Assembly (NCBI GenBank): GCA_025362615.1
Contig: JANYFQ010000630.1
Coordinates: forward strand, 1-34,390
Reading direction: 5' to 3'
Origin: Hymenobacter sp.
GTDB lineage: Bacteria > Bacteroidota > Bacteroidia > Cytophagales > Hymenobacteraceae
Length of the DNA: 34,390 bases
Shown: one piece after another, positions 1 to 10,720 of the stretch
Layout: the number at the start of each line of letters is the position of its first letter
Position numbering within the stretch: position 1 is the first letter of the stretch
Position numbers and translations under genes: made by a program
The notes under the pieces: model-generated
Databases searched by the model: none
What the model was told of the DNA's origin: nothing
What the model saw: the letters and a program-made list of their open reading frames with translations, nothing else

Positions 1-2936
<2,936 letters not shown>

Positions 2937-3018
2937 CCCCAGGCTTTAGTGTTGGTATTTGACCATATTTGCACTAAATTTTATTTTCCCTTCGACACCC
3001 TTCTCTTTGCCCGTTGCC

Positions 3019-3408
3019 ATGACTGCCGAAACCACCCCGCAAAAAACCGTCCTCATTGCCGAAGACAGCTCCGTCATCCTCAACCTGACCCGCAAGATTC
3101 TGGAAATGCAGAAGTACAAAATCGTACTTGCCAAGAATGGCGGTGAAGTTCTCAAGCAACTCGAAGCCAACGAGGTAGATTGTGTGCTGATGGACATCAA
3201 CATCCCCGTGAAAGACGGCATGGAATGCACCCGCGACATCCGCGCCCACGCCAACCCGCGCATCAACCAGCTGCCCATCATCGCCATCACCGGCAACGCC
3301 AACAACTACACGATGGACCAGTTCCGCCAGGCCGGCGTGACCGATTACCTGCCCAAACCCCTCGATTTTGATGCCCTCGTGCGCGTGGTGCGCCAGTACG
3401 TGGGGTAG
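3019..3408 (+). CDS. Single-domain response regulator (CheY-like receiver)
   Basis: VLIAEDS, VLMDINIP, AITG and YLPKP receiver motifs. ATG at 3019 preferred over the TTG at 2959. Confidence 0.93.
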   Translation: MTAETTPQKTVLIAEDSSVILNLTRKILEMQKYKIVLAKNGGEVLKQLEANEVDCVLMDINIPVKDGMECTRDIRAHANPRINQLPIIAITGNANNYTMDQFRQAGVTDYLPKPLDFDALVRVVRQYVG

Positions 3409-3418
3409 GTTTTTTTCC

Positions 3419-3533
3419 TCAATGAGTGAATGAGTAAATGAGCGAGTGAGTGAATTATTAGTTGGCAGTGCTTCAACTTGCGTCACCCAACTATCAATTC
3501 ACTCACTCGCTCATTCACGCATTCACTCATTGA
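3419..3533. repeat. Intergenic palindrome, ~47-bp arms built of TGAG/TGAA-type 4/8-mers
   Basis: tcaatgagtgaatgagtaaatgagcgagtgagtgaattattagttgg (3419-3465) is the near reverse complement of ccaactatcaattcactcactcgctcattcacgcattcactcattga (3487-3533). Confidence 0.9.
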
Positions 3534-3543
3534 TTCCCAGCGC

Positions 3544-4311
3544 ATGACCGTTACTTTCCTCGGCACCGGCACGTCTTCGGGGGTGCCGATGATTGGCTGC
3601 TCCTGCCCGGTGTGCCGTTCGCTCGACCCGCGCGACCAGCGCCTGCGCTCGGCCGTCCACATCGCCGCCGAAGGCCGCAGCCTGGTGGTGGACACCGGCC
3701 CCGATTTCCGGCAGCAAATGCTCCGCGCCCGCATCCAAAGCCTTGATGCCCTGTTGTTCACTCACGAGCACAAAGACCACACGGCGGGGCTGGACGACGT
3801 GCGGGCCTACAACTTCCGGCAGCGCCAGGCCCTGCCCGTCTTTGCCGAGCTGCGGGTGCTCGAACAACTCCAGCGCGAGTTTGCCTACGTGTTTGCGGCC
3901 CACAAATACCCCGGCGTGCCGCAACTCACGCTGCACCCCATCGAGCGCGACGACGTACCCTTCGACGTGCTGGGCCTGGCCGTGCAGCCGCTGCGGGCCA
4001 TGCACCACAAGCTGCCCGTGCTGGGCTTCCGCCTCGGCGGCTTCGCCTACCTCACCGATGCCAACCACATCGGCCCCGAAACCATGCAGCAGCTGCGCGG
4101 GGCCGACGTGCTGGTGCTCAACGCCCTGCGCCGCGAGCCGCACATCTCGCACTTCACCCTGGCCGAGGCCGTCGCAATCCTGGAAGAATTGCAGCCCAAG
4201 CGGGCATTTCTGACGCACATCAGCCACCAGCTTGGCCCGCACCGCGAGGTGGAGGCCGAGTTGCCGGAGTGGATTCGGTTGGGGTATGATGGGTTGAAAA
4301 TCAGGGTTTGA
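3544..4311 (+). CDS. MBL-fold metallo-hydrolase, PhnP/YycJ-like phosphodiesterase
   Basis: FLGTGTSSGVP-IGCxCxxC N-terminus, THEHKDHTAG metal motif, YLTD, THISH, GYDG. The ORF-track extension upstream of 3544 is repeat DNA. Confidence 0.92.
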   Translation: MTVTFLGTGTSSGVPMIGCSCPVCRSLDPRDQRLRSAVHIAAEGRSLVVDTGPDFRQQMLRARIQSLDALLFTHEHKDHTAGLDDVRAYNFRQRQALPVFAELRVLEQLQREFAYVFAAHKYPGVPQLTLHPIERDDVPFDVLGLAVQPLRAMHHKLPVLGFRLGGFAYLTDANHIGPETMQQLRGADVLVLNALRREPHISHFTLAEAVAILEELQPKRAFLTHISHQLGPHREVEAELPEWIRLGYDGLKIRV

Positions 4312-4312
4312 A

Positions 4313-4404
4313 TGTTTCTGGTTGCCTGTTGCTTGTTTCTGGTTGAAAACGCACGCCAGCATTGCCCCTTTCAACCAGAAACGAGCAACAAGCAACCAGA
4401 AACA
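4313..4404. repeat. Intergenic palindrome, 36-bp arms of heptamer units (caaccag/aaacgag/caacaag)
   Basis: tgtttctggttgcctgttgcttgtttctggttgaaa (4313-4348) pairs with tttcaaccagaaacgagcaacaagcaaccagaaaca (4369-4404). Confidence 0.9.
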
Positions 4405-4414
4405 CCGTCACTCC

Positions 4415-5980
4415 ATGCACACCAACTACTATTTCCTGCGCCAACTGGCCCCTGCCCTCACGGCCCAACTGGCCGGCTACCGCGTGGCCGTGTGCTTTTC
4501 GCAGGAGAAAGACGAGCTGGTAGTGGGCCTTACCAACGGCGGACGCGAGTTCTGGCTCAAAGCCCAGTTAGGGGCCAATTTTCCGGCCCTGGCGCTGCCT
4601 GAAACCTTCCAGCGCGCCCGTAGCAACTCGGTCGATTTGTTTCCCGATTTGCTGGGCCAGCAGGTCGAAACCGTGGTGCCTTGGCCCCAGGACCGGGTGC
4701 TGCAAGTCAATTTCAGGAGCGGAGCGCGGCTCGTTTTCAAACTCTACGGCCCCCGCCCCAACGCCATTTTTCGGCTCGCGCCGGACGGCCCCGCCCAGCT
4801 TTTTCAGCAAAAGCTGACCGCCGATGCCGACCTGCGCCCGCTGACTGCCCCGCCCCTGCCAGCGCCCGGCAAAGTGGCTGCACCCTTGGCCGATGTGCCC
4901 CTGCGCTACCTCCGCGCCCACGGCTACGACGCGGCTGCGCCCGAAGCCCAAACCCGGCAACTCAACCAACTGCTGGCCCAGCTCGAAACGCCCGCCCACT
5001 ACTACCTCATCCAGCTCGACGGCCGCACCCGCCTGAGCCTGCTGCCGCTGGGCGAAACCCTCGAAACGCTGCCCGGCACCGACCCCATCGCCGCGCTGCG
5101 CCGCTTCGTGCCGCTGGCCCTGGGCCGCCGCGCCCTCGAAACTGAAACCCGCCAATTGCGCCTGGCCCTGGAGCGCCGCGCCGCCGAAGCCAGCACTACG
5201 GCCGCCCACACCCAACGCCGCCTCCACGCCTTGGCCCACGAAGCCGGCTACCGCCACACCGCCGACCTGCTGCTGGCCAACCTGCACGAAATACCGCCCG
5301 GCGCGGCCGAAATTGAAGTGCTCGATTACCTCTCCGGTGAGCTGCGAACTATCAAACTAAAACCCACCGAAAAGCCCCAGCGTACCGCCGAAAACCTTTA
5401 CCGCAAGGCCAAAAACCAGCAAATCGAGGAGCGCGAACTGGCCGCCCGCCTCGCCCGCCGCGAAGCCGACGCTTTCTTCGCCCTCGAACGCCTCGAAGAA
5501 CTCGCCGCCGACCCCGCCCTGGCCGACCTGCGCGGCCTCCGCACCTGGCGCAAGCTCCACGGCCTCGACCCCGCCCAGGCTGCCGCCAAAGCCGGCACCG
5601 AGCTGCCCTTCAAGGTGTTTGAAGACCGGGGCTTTACGATTTTGGTGGGCCGCAACGCCCAGAACAACGACTTGCTCACCCAGAAATACGCCCACAAAGA
5701 CGACCTCTGGCTGCACGCCAAAGACGTGGCCGGCTCGCACGTCGTCGTCCGGCATCGCGCCGGGCAGGCCGTGCCCGCGCCCGTGATAGAGCACGCCGCC
5801 CAGCTCGCCGCTTGGTACTCCAAGCGCCAGAACGACTCGCTGTGCCCGGTCATCATCACGCCCAAAAAGTTTGTCCGCAAGCCCAAGGGTGCCCGCCCCG
5901 GCCAGGTAAAAGTGGAGCGCGAAGACGTGCTGCTCGTGCGCCCCGCCAACCCCTTCGAGCGCGAGTCGGGCGGCGCATAA
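4415..5980 (+). CDS. NFACT/FbpA family protein (RqcH-like ribosome quality control factor)
   Basis: N-terminal MHTNYY..CFSQEKDELV. C-terminal NFACT-R motifs VGRNAQNNDLLT, DLWLHAKDVAGSHVV, AAQLAAWYSK, VRKPKGARPGQV. Confidence 0.88.
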   Translation: MHTNYYFLRQLAPALTAQLAGYRVAVCFSQEKDELVVGLTNGGREFWLKAQLGANFPALALPETFQRARSNSVDLFPDLLGQQVETVVPWPQDRVLQVNFRSGARLVFKLYGPRPNAIFRLAPDGPAQLFQQKLTADADLRPLTAPPLPAPGKVAAPLADVPLRYLRAHGYDAAAPEAQTRQLNQLLAQLETPAHYYLIQLDGRTRLSLLPLGETLETLPGTDPIAALRRFVPLALGRRALETETRQLRLALERRAAEASTTAAHTQRRLHALAHEAGYRHTADLLLANLHEIPPGAAEIEVLDYLSGELRTIKLKPTEKPQRTAENLYRKAKNQQIEERELAARLARREADAFFALERLEELAADPALADLRGLRTWRKLHGLDPAQAAAKAGTELPFKVFEDRGFTILVGRNAQNNDLLTQKYAHKDDLWLHAKDVAGSHVVVRHRAGQAVPAPVIEHAAQLAAWYSKRQNDSLCPVIITPKKFVRKPKGARPGQVKVEREDVLLVRPANPFERESGGA

Positions 5981-6005
5981 GCCGCCCGCGCCGTTGCTTT
6001 GCACC

Positions 6006-6635
6006 ATGAACCCCCCCGCCCACGCCCTGCTCCTGCACTACTTCCCGGCCCTCACCCCGGCCCAGCTCCGCCAGTTTGCGCTCTTTGAAACCGAGTTTCG
6101 CGCCATCAACGAGCAAGTGAACCTGGTGGCCCGGCCCGACATCGACAACCTGGTCGAGCGCCACCTCCTGCACTCGCTGGCCATTGCCAAAGTGGTGCAA
6201 TTTCCGCCCGGCAGCGCCGTGCTCGACGTGGGCACCGGCGGCGGCCTGCCCGGCCTGCCCCTGGCTATCCTGTTTCCCGAAGTGCAGTTCCGGCTCGTGG
6301 ACAGCATCGGTAAAAAAATCCGTGCCGTGCAGTTCCTCGCCGGGGTCCTGGGCCTCGACAACGTGGTGGCCGAGCAAATCCGGGCCGAACAGGTGCGCCA
6401 CAAATTCGATTTCGTCGTCAGCCGCGCCGTCACCCGCCTCGCCGCCTTCCACCCCTGGGTTGCCAAAAGCTACAAGCCCCGCCCCGCCGCCGGGGCCGGC
6501 CTCTACGCCCTCAAAGGCGGCGACCTGACCGAAGAAATCGCCGAAGCTGGCCTGAAAACGAAGGTTTTTGAGTTAAATAAATTTTTCCAGGAAGAATTTT
6601 TTGAAACCAAAAAAGTAGTGTTCGTCCCAGTGTAA
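6006..6635 (+). CDS. rsmG: 16S rRNA (guanine(527)-N7)-methyltransferase
   Basis: NEQVNLVAR, RHLLHSL, LDVGTGGGLPG, DSIGKKI, VVSRAV, LKGG. Confidence 0.95.
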   Translation: MNPPAHALLLHYFPALTPAQLRQFALFETEFRAINEQVNLVARPDIDNLVERHLLHSLAIAKVVQFPPGSAVLDVGTGGGLPGLPLAILFPEVQFRLVDSIGKKIRAVQFLAGVLGLDNVVAEQIRAEQVRHKFDFVVSRAVTRLAAFHPWVAKSYKPRPAAGAGLYALKGGDLTEEIAEAGLKTKVFELNKFFQEEFFETKKVVFVPV

Positions 6636-6657
6636 CGCGGGTTTGTCGAACCCCTAC
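6636..6657 (-). repeat. Degenerate GTAG-type REP hairpin overlapping the lipoprotein stop codon
   Basis: Minus strand GTAG-GGGTT-CGACA-AACCC-GCG resembles GTAGCGCGGGTTTTCAACCCGCG at 8524-8546. Confidence 0.45.
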
Positions 6658-8366
6658 CGCTTTTCAGAAATTGAATAAAGCGCGTAGCTGTTCTGGGACA
6701 ACGGGTTGTTGGTGCGAAACCGATAGTTCGTCTGGGTCACACGGCCCCGGTGCGACCATGTGCTGTAGTATGAAGTGGGACCAAAGCGCAGGTAGTACCC
6801 CGAAGTGCCTCCGCCACTCACTTCCCACGTCACTGCCATTGGTGGATTGAACGTGGCCACCGCCGCACCACAGCCAGTGGGGGTAGGAGCCTGACAGCTA
6901 GAAATCCAGCGACCCGTGCCATTGGGGGCCAATTCAAAAACGTCGTAGCCGAAGCTGGTGTTAGTACCAGGGCCCGACCACACCATTTTAACATCCCAAG
7001 TGCCAACCACCGCATTCCGGAAGTATGCTAGTGAGTCATTCGGCACAAACTCGGCATTCACTCGCTGCGTGACGCTAATTCCCAACGCCGTATTATCGTA
7101 AGTGGCATCCATTGTGAAAGGCGTTCGGGTGGTGATGGTGCTCGTGGCCCGCAACGTAAGCGTGTTGTTGATGGCCGTTGCCACCACGCTGATGGCCGAA
7201 TTGGACACGTTGCGAATCCGCACCAGATTGGCCGACAGGGCTTTATTGCGACGAGCCACCGCGTCCTTCAGCGGCGTAACGTAAGGGGCCAGCGCGTTGC
7301 TGCCGCTGCCGAACCACGAGCGGACCCGGTTGTAACCGTCGATGAAGGCTTGGTTGAGGCTTTGCAGGCGCTCCAACGACGAGAAAATGCGGCCCAGCAA
7401 GGCCGAAGCCCGCGCATCGGCCGAGGCCATGCGCCGGCCCACCGCCGATACCGTGGCATTGGCCGTGCTGCCGTTCGAAAACGTGAACGGTGCCCCGCTG
7501 CCGGGGCTGCCGGTCAGGTTCAGGCTGGCTACCAAATCGAAACGGTTTGCCAGTTCCTCAATAAGTTTGGTGGCCTGGGCTAACTGGTAAACGGCCGCCG
7601 CTGCCGCCGCCACCGCCACGATTTTGGTGTAAAAACCTTCGGGTGCTTTGATGGCAAAGGCAAACAAGCCCACGCACGATACCGTAGTTACCATGTGGTC
7701 CACAAACAGTTGCCCGACGACGATGAAGGCATCAGCCGGGTCGCCGGTAAGGCGGCGCGGGGGCAGGGCGGCAAAGTCCACAGCCTCGAACGACATCTTT
7801 TGCAGCGCATAGGCGGCCTCCAGTTTCTCGCTGGCCGATAGGCTGGTTTGCAGCGTCCCAAAAGTTTGCTGCAAGCTGCGAAGCAGGGTCACGTTTTGGG
7901 CCGCTGTGGGCGAGAGCGTGTCCTGCCCCATCGCCGCGAGACGGGTCACGGCGGTGGTCAGCCGGGCATTGAAGGTGGTGAAAACCTGGTCAGGGTCCTG
8001 AATCGGGGCATAGGCACTCATCGTTAAGCTCGGCGGAGCCTGCACCCCCACCGCTGTCAGGTCGAGGACTAGGGCACCGGCGGGCAGCACGGGCACCACA
8101 AAAACGGCCTGCCTGATGTCGGTCTTGACCAGTTGCAGGCGGCGGCCCCCCACACCAATTTCCCAACTCTGGATGGCATCCAGGTCTACAGAAGTCGTCA
8201 CGACTACCATATCGCCCGGCGTCACCGCGCTTTTGTCCAGCGTAGCCGTGCGGGAAGTAATTGGTATCACTGGGGTAGTGGGTTGCTCGACTTCTTTTTT
8301 GCAACCGGGGGTAATCAAAGCCACAATGAGCAGCAGGGCAAACAGCAGGCAGGAAAATTTTGACAT
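6654..8366 (-). CDS. Uncharacterised multi-domain surface lipoprotein
   Basis: MSKFSCLLFALLLIVALITPG-C-KKEVE signal peptide II with a KKE export-type signal. N-terminal beta-rich region, central helical/hydrophobic region, C-terminal region starting VVGTWDV (lipocalin-like by motif only). Confidence 0.8.
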   Translation of the reverse strand: MSKFSCLLFALLLIVALITPGCKKEVEQPTTPVIPITSRTATLDKSAVTPGDMVVVTTSVDLDAIQSWEIGVGGRRLQLVKTDIRQAVFVVPVLPAGALVLDLTAVGVQAPPSLTMSAYAPIQDPDQVFTTFNARLTTAVTRLAAMGQDTLSPTAAQNVTLLRSLQQTFGTLQTSLSASEKLEAAYALQKMSFEAVDFAALPPRRLTGDPADAFIVVGQLFVDHMVTTVSCVGLFAFAIKAPEGFYTKIVAVAAAAAAVYQLAQATKLIEELANRFDLVASLNLTGSPGSGAPFTFSNGSTANATVSAVGRRMASADARASALLGRIFSSLERLQSLNQAFIDGYNRVRSWFGSGSNALAPYVTPLKDAVARRNKALSANLVRIRNVSNSAISVVATAINNTLTLRATSTITTRTPFTMDATYDNTALGISVTQRVNAEFVPNDSLAYFRNAVVGTWDVKMVWSGPGTNTSFGYDVFELAPNGTGRWISSCQAPTPTGCGAAVATFNPPMAVTWEVSGGGTSGYYLRFGPTSYYSTWSHRGRVTQTNYRFRTNNPLSQNSYALYSISEKR

Positions 8367-8428
8367 GGCAAACGACAGGCAAGCGGTGTGCAGCACCGGG
8401 CCAACCCCGGCGGCTGAAAATGCCAGCA

Positions 8429-8494
8429 CAAAAGTAGGGAAGTGGTTTACCCCAAAAAATACCTGCTTCTGGGTATTTTTGGGGTAAACCGCTT
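8429..8494 (-). promoter_or_regulatory. Bacteroidota -7 box (TACTTTTG, 8429-8436) with an adjacent 23/24-bp inverted repeat (operator and/or terminator)
   Basis: aagtggtttaccccaaaaaatacc (8440-8463) / ggtatttttggggtaaaccgctt (8472-8494), immediately upstream of a TAnnTTTG match. Confidence 0.6.
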
Positions 8495-8523
8495 TTTAAC
8501 GCCTGCCCATATGTTCTTCAAAT

Positions 8524-8546
8524 CGCGGGTTGAAAACCCGCGCTAC
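8524..8546 (-). repeat. GTAG-type REP sequence
   Basis: Minus strand GTAG-CGCGGGTT-TTC-AACCCGCG, a perfect 8-bp stem after GTAG. The TAG is the hydrolase stop codon. Confidence 0.75.
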
Positions 8547-9529
8547 CCCGGCGTTTCGCGGGTCAGAAAATCCACCGCCCGCCGCTCGGAGTAGTACGGC
8601 CCATCCGGCAGCCCTTCGGCGAAGCCAACGTGCCCGCCACCGGCCGGAATTTCCAGAAAAAACGCGGCCGATGCCTCCGCTGCTGCCACGGGGTAGCAGG
8701 TGCCGGGCAGAAACGGGTCGTTGGCGGCATTCACCAGCAGCGTGGGTATCTCAATAGCGGCCAGATACTGCCCCGAGCTGGCGTGGGCGTAGTACGCCTC
8801 GGCCGAGGCGAAGCCGTGCATGGGAGCCGTATAGCGGTCGTCAAAATCAGGGAAATTACGCAGTTCCTCCAGCCCCGTCAGGTCCACGTCGGCCGGGTGA
8901 ACGCCGGCTTTGGCCCGCACCTTCAGCCGCAGTGTTTTGAGAAAGCGCCGCATATACACTTGGTTTTGTAGCCGCCCGATATGTACGGCGCTGCTTTTGA
9001 GGTCGGTAGGGGTTGAAAACACCACGGCCCGCTGCACCTGAGGCGGCACCAGGGCCGGGTTTTCGCCCAAAAACTTGAGCGTCACGTTGCCGCCCGCCGA
9101 GAAGCCCACCAGAAACACGCGCTCGTAGCAGCCGGCGGCCAGGGCGTGGCCCAGCACCTGGGTCAGGTCGCCGGTGTCGCCGAGGTGGTAGGAGCGGAGC
9201 AGGCGGTTGGCCTCGCCGCCGCAGGAGCGGTAATTCCAGGCCAGGGCATCAAAACCCGCGTCGTTGAGCGCCCGCACCATGCCCCGAATGTAGGCCCGGT
9301 GGGTGTCGCCCTCAAGGCCGTGCGAGATGATAGCCAATGCATTAACCCGCCGGTGGGCGGGCAGCCGCGACCAGTCCAGGTCCAGAAAATCGCCGTCGGG
9401 CAGCTCCAGCCGCTCGCGCTCGTAAGCCACCGCCGGGCCGCTGCGCCACAGCCCCGGCACAATGGTTTGGGCATGGCCGTTGAGTTGATAAAACGGCGGC
9501 TGAAACGAGGAAGCAGCAACGAGTGGCAT
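8543..9529 (-). CDS. YheT-family alpha/beta hydrolase
   Basis: NGHAQTI, LPDGDFLDLDW, HGLEG, NYRSCGGE, nucleophile elbow GFSAGG, NAANDPF, GGHVGF. Confidence 0.9.
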   Translation of the reverse strand: MPLVAASSFQPPFYQLNGHAQTIVPGLWRSGPAVAYERERLELPDGDFLDLDWSRLPAHRRVNALAIISHGLEGDTHRAYIRGMVRALNDAGFDALAWNYRSCGGEANRLLRSYHLGDTGDLTQVLGHALAAGCYERVFLVGFSAGGNVTLKFLGENPALVPPQVQRAVVFSTPTDLKSSAVHIGRLQNQVYMRRFLKTLRLKVRAKAGVHPADVDLTGLEELRNFPDFDDRYTAPMHGFASAEAYYAHASSGQYLAAIEIPTLLVNAANDPFLPGTCYPVAAAEASAAFFLEIPAGGGHVGFAEGLPDGPYYSERRAVDFLTRETPG

Positions 9530-9598
9530 AAGCAGGAACGAATAGAGAGGGCAGAACCAACCGTAAAGTTCGGAAGTATTCGGCTTGCATACTAAAAA

Positions 9599-9653
9599 GC
9601 AGCGCGGGTTTTCAGCTCGTCAGGCAGGATGTAGCGCGGGTTTTCAACCCGTG
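9599..9653 (+). repeat. Two tandem GTAG-type REP copies (one degenerate)
   Basis: gcagcgcgggttttcagctcgt (9599-9620) and gtagcgcgggttttcaacccgtg (9631-9653). The second copy matches the 8524-8546 copy at 22/23 positions. Confidence 0.75.
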
Positions 9654-9696
9654 CAGCCAGAAGTAGTAGGCGCTACTAAATTTTTTTCTGTCACCG

Positions 9697-9727
9697 TTTG
9701 CACCGCTCAAATCTTTGCGTACCTTTG
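9697..9727 (+). promoter_or_regulatory. Bacteroidota housekeeping promoter for rpsT
   Basis: TTTG (9697-9700), 19-nt spacer, TACCTTTG (9720-9727); matches the -33/-7 consensus. Confidence 0.8.
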
Positions 9728-9777
9728 CACTCCCAAACGACGAAACAACGGCCCCAGCGCCGACGCGATACCCACTC

Positions 9778-10029
9778 ATGGCAAACCACAAATCGGCCCT
9801 CAAACGCATCCGCAGCAACGAAGCCAAGCGCGTATTGAACCGTTACCAGCACAAATCGACCCGCACAGCCATCAAAAAGCTGCGCCTCACCACCGACAAA
9901 ACTTCTGCTCAAACGCAATTAGTAAAAGTCACGTCGATGCTCGACCGCTTGGCCAAAAAGAACATCATCCACAAAAACAAAGCTGCTAATAACAAAAGCA
10001 AGCTGACAAAACTCGTCAACGCGCTTTAG
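9778..10029 (+). CDS. rpsT: 30S ribosomal protein S20
   Basis: MANHKSALKRIRSNEAKRVLNRY...LAKKNIIHKNKAANNKSKL. Confidence 0.97.
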   Translation: MANHKSALKRIRSNEAKRVLNRYQHKSTRTAIKKLRLTTDKTSAQTQLVKVTSMLDRLAKKNIIHKNKAANNKSKLTKLVNAL

Positions 10030-10093
10030 TGCGAGACGAGTTTAGGAGGGCCAGACTGCGCCGCCCCAAGGTCTGGTCCTCCGCTCTACACCG

Positions 10094-10133
10094 AATTGCC
10101 CCGTTCCAAGTTGGAACGGGGCAATTTGCGTTT
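10094..10133 (+). terminator. Intrinsic terminator-like hairpin after rpsT (preceded by a second hairpin at 10045-10082)
   Basis: aattgccccgttccaa-g-ttggaacggggcaatt followed by tgcgttt. Confidence 0.75.
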
Positions 10134-10135
10134 CT

Positions 10136-10274
10136 GGAGGTAACATTGAAGCATTGGCGTTGTAAGGGAAATCAAGGCTCGTCAGCCTAATGCTTGCACC
10201 AATGATAAATAGAATTACGAATGTTCAGCCCATGCTCGTCAGCCCCTGTAATGCCAATGCAATCTTGTGTGCAG
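10136..10274 (-). mobile_element. attC-like recombination site (degenerate) of a solitary gene cassette
   Basis: Directly after the pseudogene stop, on the minus strand: R''-like GCACACAAG, inner arms gcattggcattacaggg / cccttacaacgccaatgc, then R' GTTACCT. The opposite (bottom) strand folds better, with G-T pairs and one bulged base. Confidence 0.6.
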
Positions 10275-10649
10275 TTACTTTAATTTCAAATTCTGTGGCG
10301 GTTCTGTCTGCCAAATAATGTCATACCCAAATTTTACTAAGTCAAATAATCGAGTTAAATCCCAGCTTAGTTCGTCTTGATTACAATAATAACTTTCAAT
10401 GTGTCCATACACGTTATAGCCTGAGATGTTGAATCCATCTTAAATATCATTAAACCAGATAATTTTTGTTCCACAAATTGCCACAACCCAAAACCCCCCA
10501 CTTTCATCGCCAAATTGCTTTTCTATTCACTTTGCGGGTTCAACTTTAATTAATTGCCAAAAATTCCAAAGTTCTCCGTTCAAGTCGGTTTCTGTCCTTT
10601 GGATTTGGTCGTAAAGTTCAATTTTTGATATAGGCCTTCATTCTGTCAT
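10275..10649 (-). pseudogene. AT-rich ~124-codon hypothetical gene with three in-frame stops
   Basis: MTE*RPISKIELYDQIQRTETDLNGELWNFWQLIKVEPAK*IEKQFGDESGGFWVVAICGTKIIWFNDI*DGFNISGYNVYGHIESYYCNQDELSWDLTRLFDLVKFGYDIIWQTEPPQNLKLK. The stops are single-base changes from TGG, TGG and GAA; no frameshift. Confidence 0.8.
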
Positions 10650-10677
10650 TGTAGTAGGTGTAATTGCACATAATGTT

Positions 10678-10720
10678 TGGCTCCACGCAACTCCCAAGCG
10701 TTGCGAGTTGCGTGAAGCCA
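10678..10720. repeat. 16-bp inverted repeat downstream of pyk (terminator/REP-like, or a second attC remnant)
   Basis: tggctccacgcaactc / gagttgcgtgaagcca, one mismatch. Confidence 0.6.

Noticed and set aside
3419-4404. Short tandem repeats as a possible CRISPR array
   Set aside because: The units are 4-9 nt, contiguous and inverted, with no unique spacers and no cas genes.
10275-10649. Alternative genetic code (TGA=Trp) or selenocysteine recoding
   Set aside because: The same ORF has an in-frame TAA and uses TGG for other Trp. Neighbouring genes use TGA as a stop.
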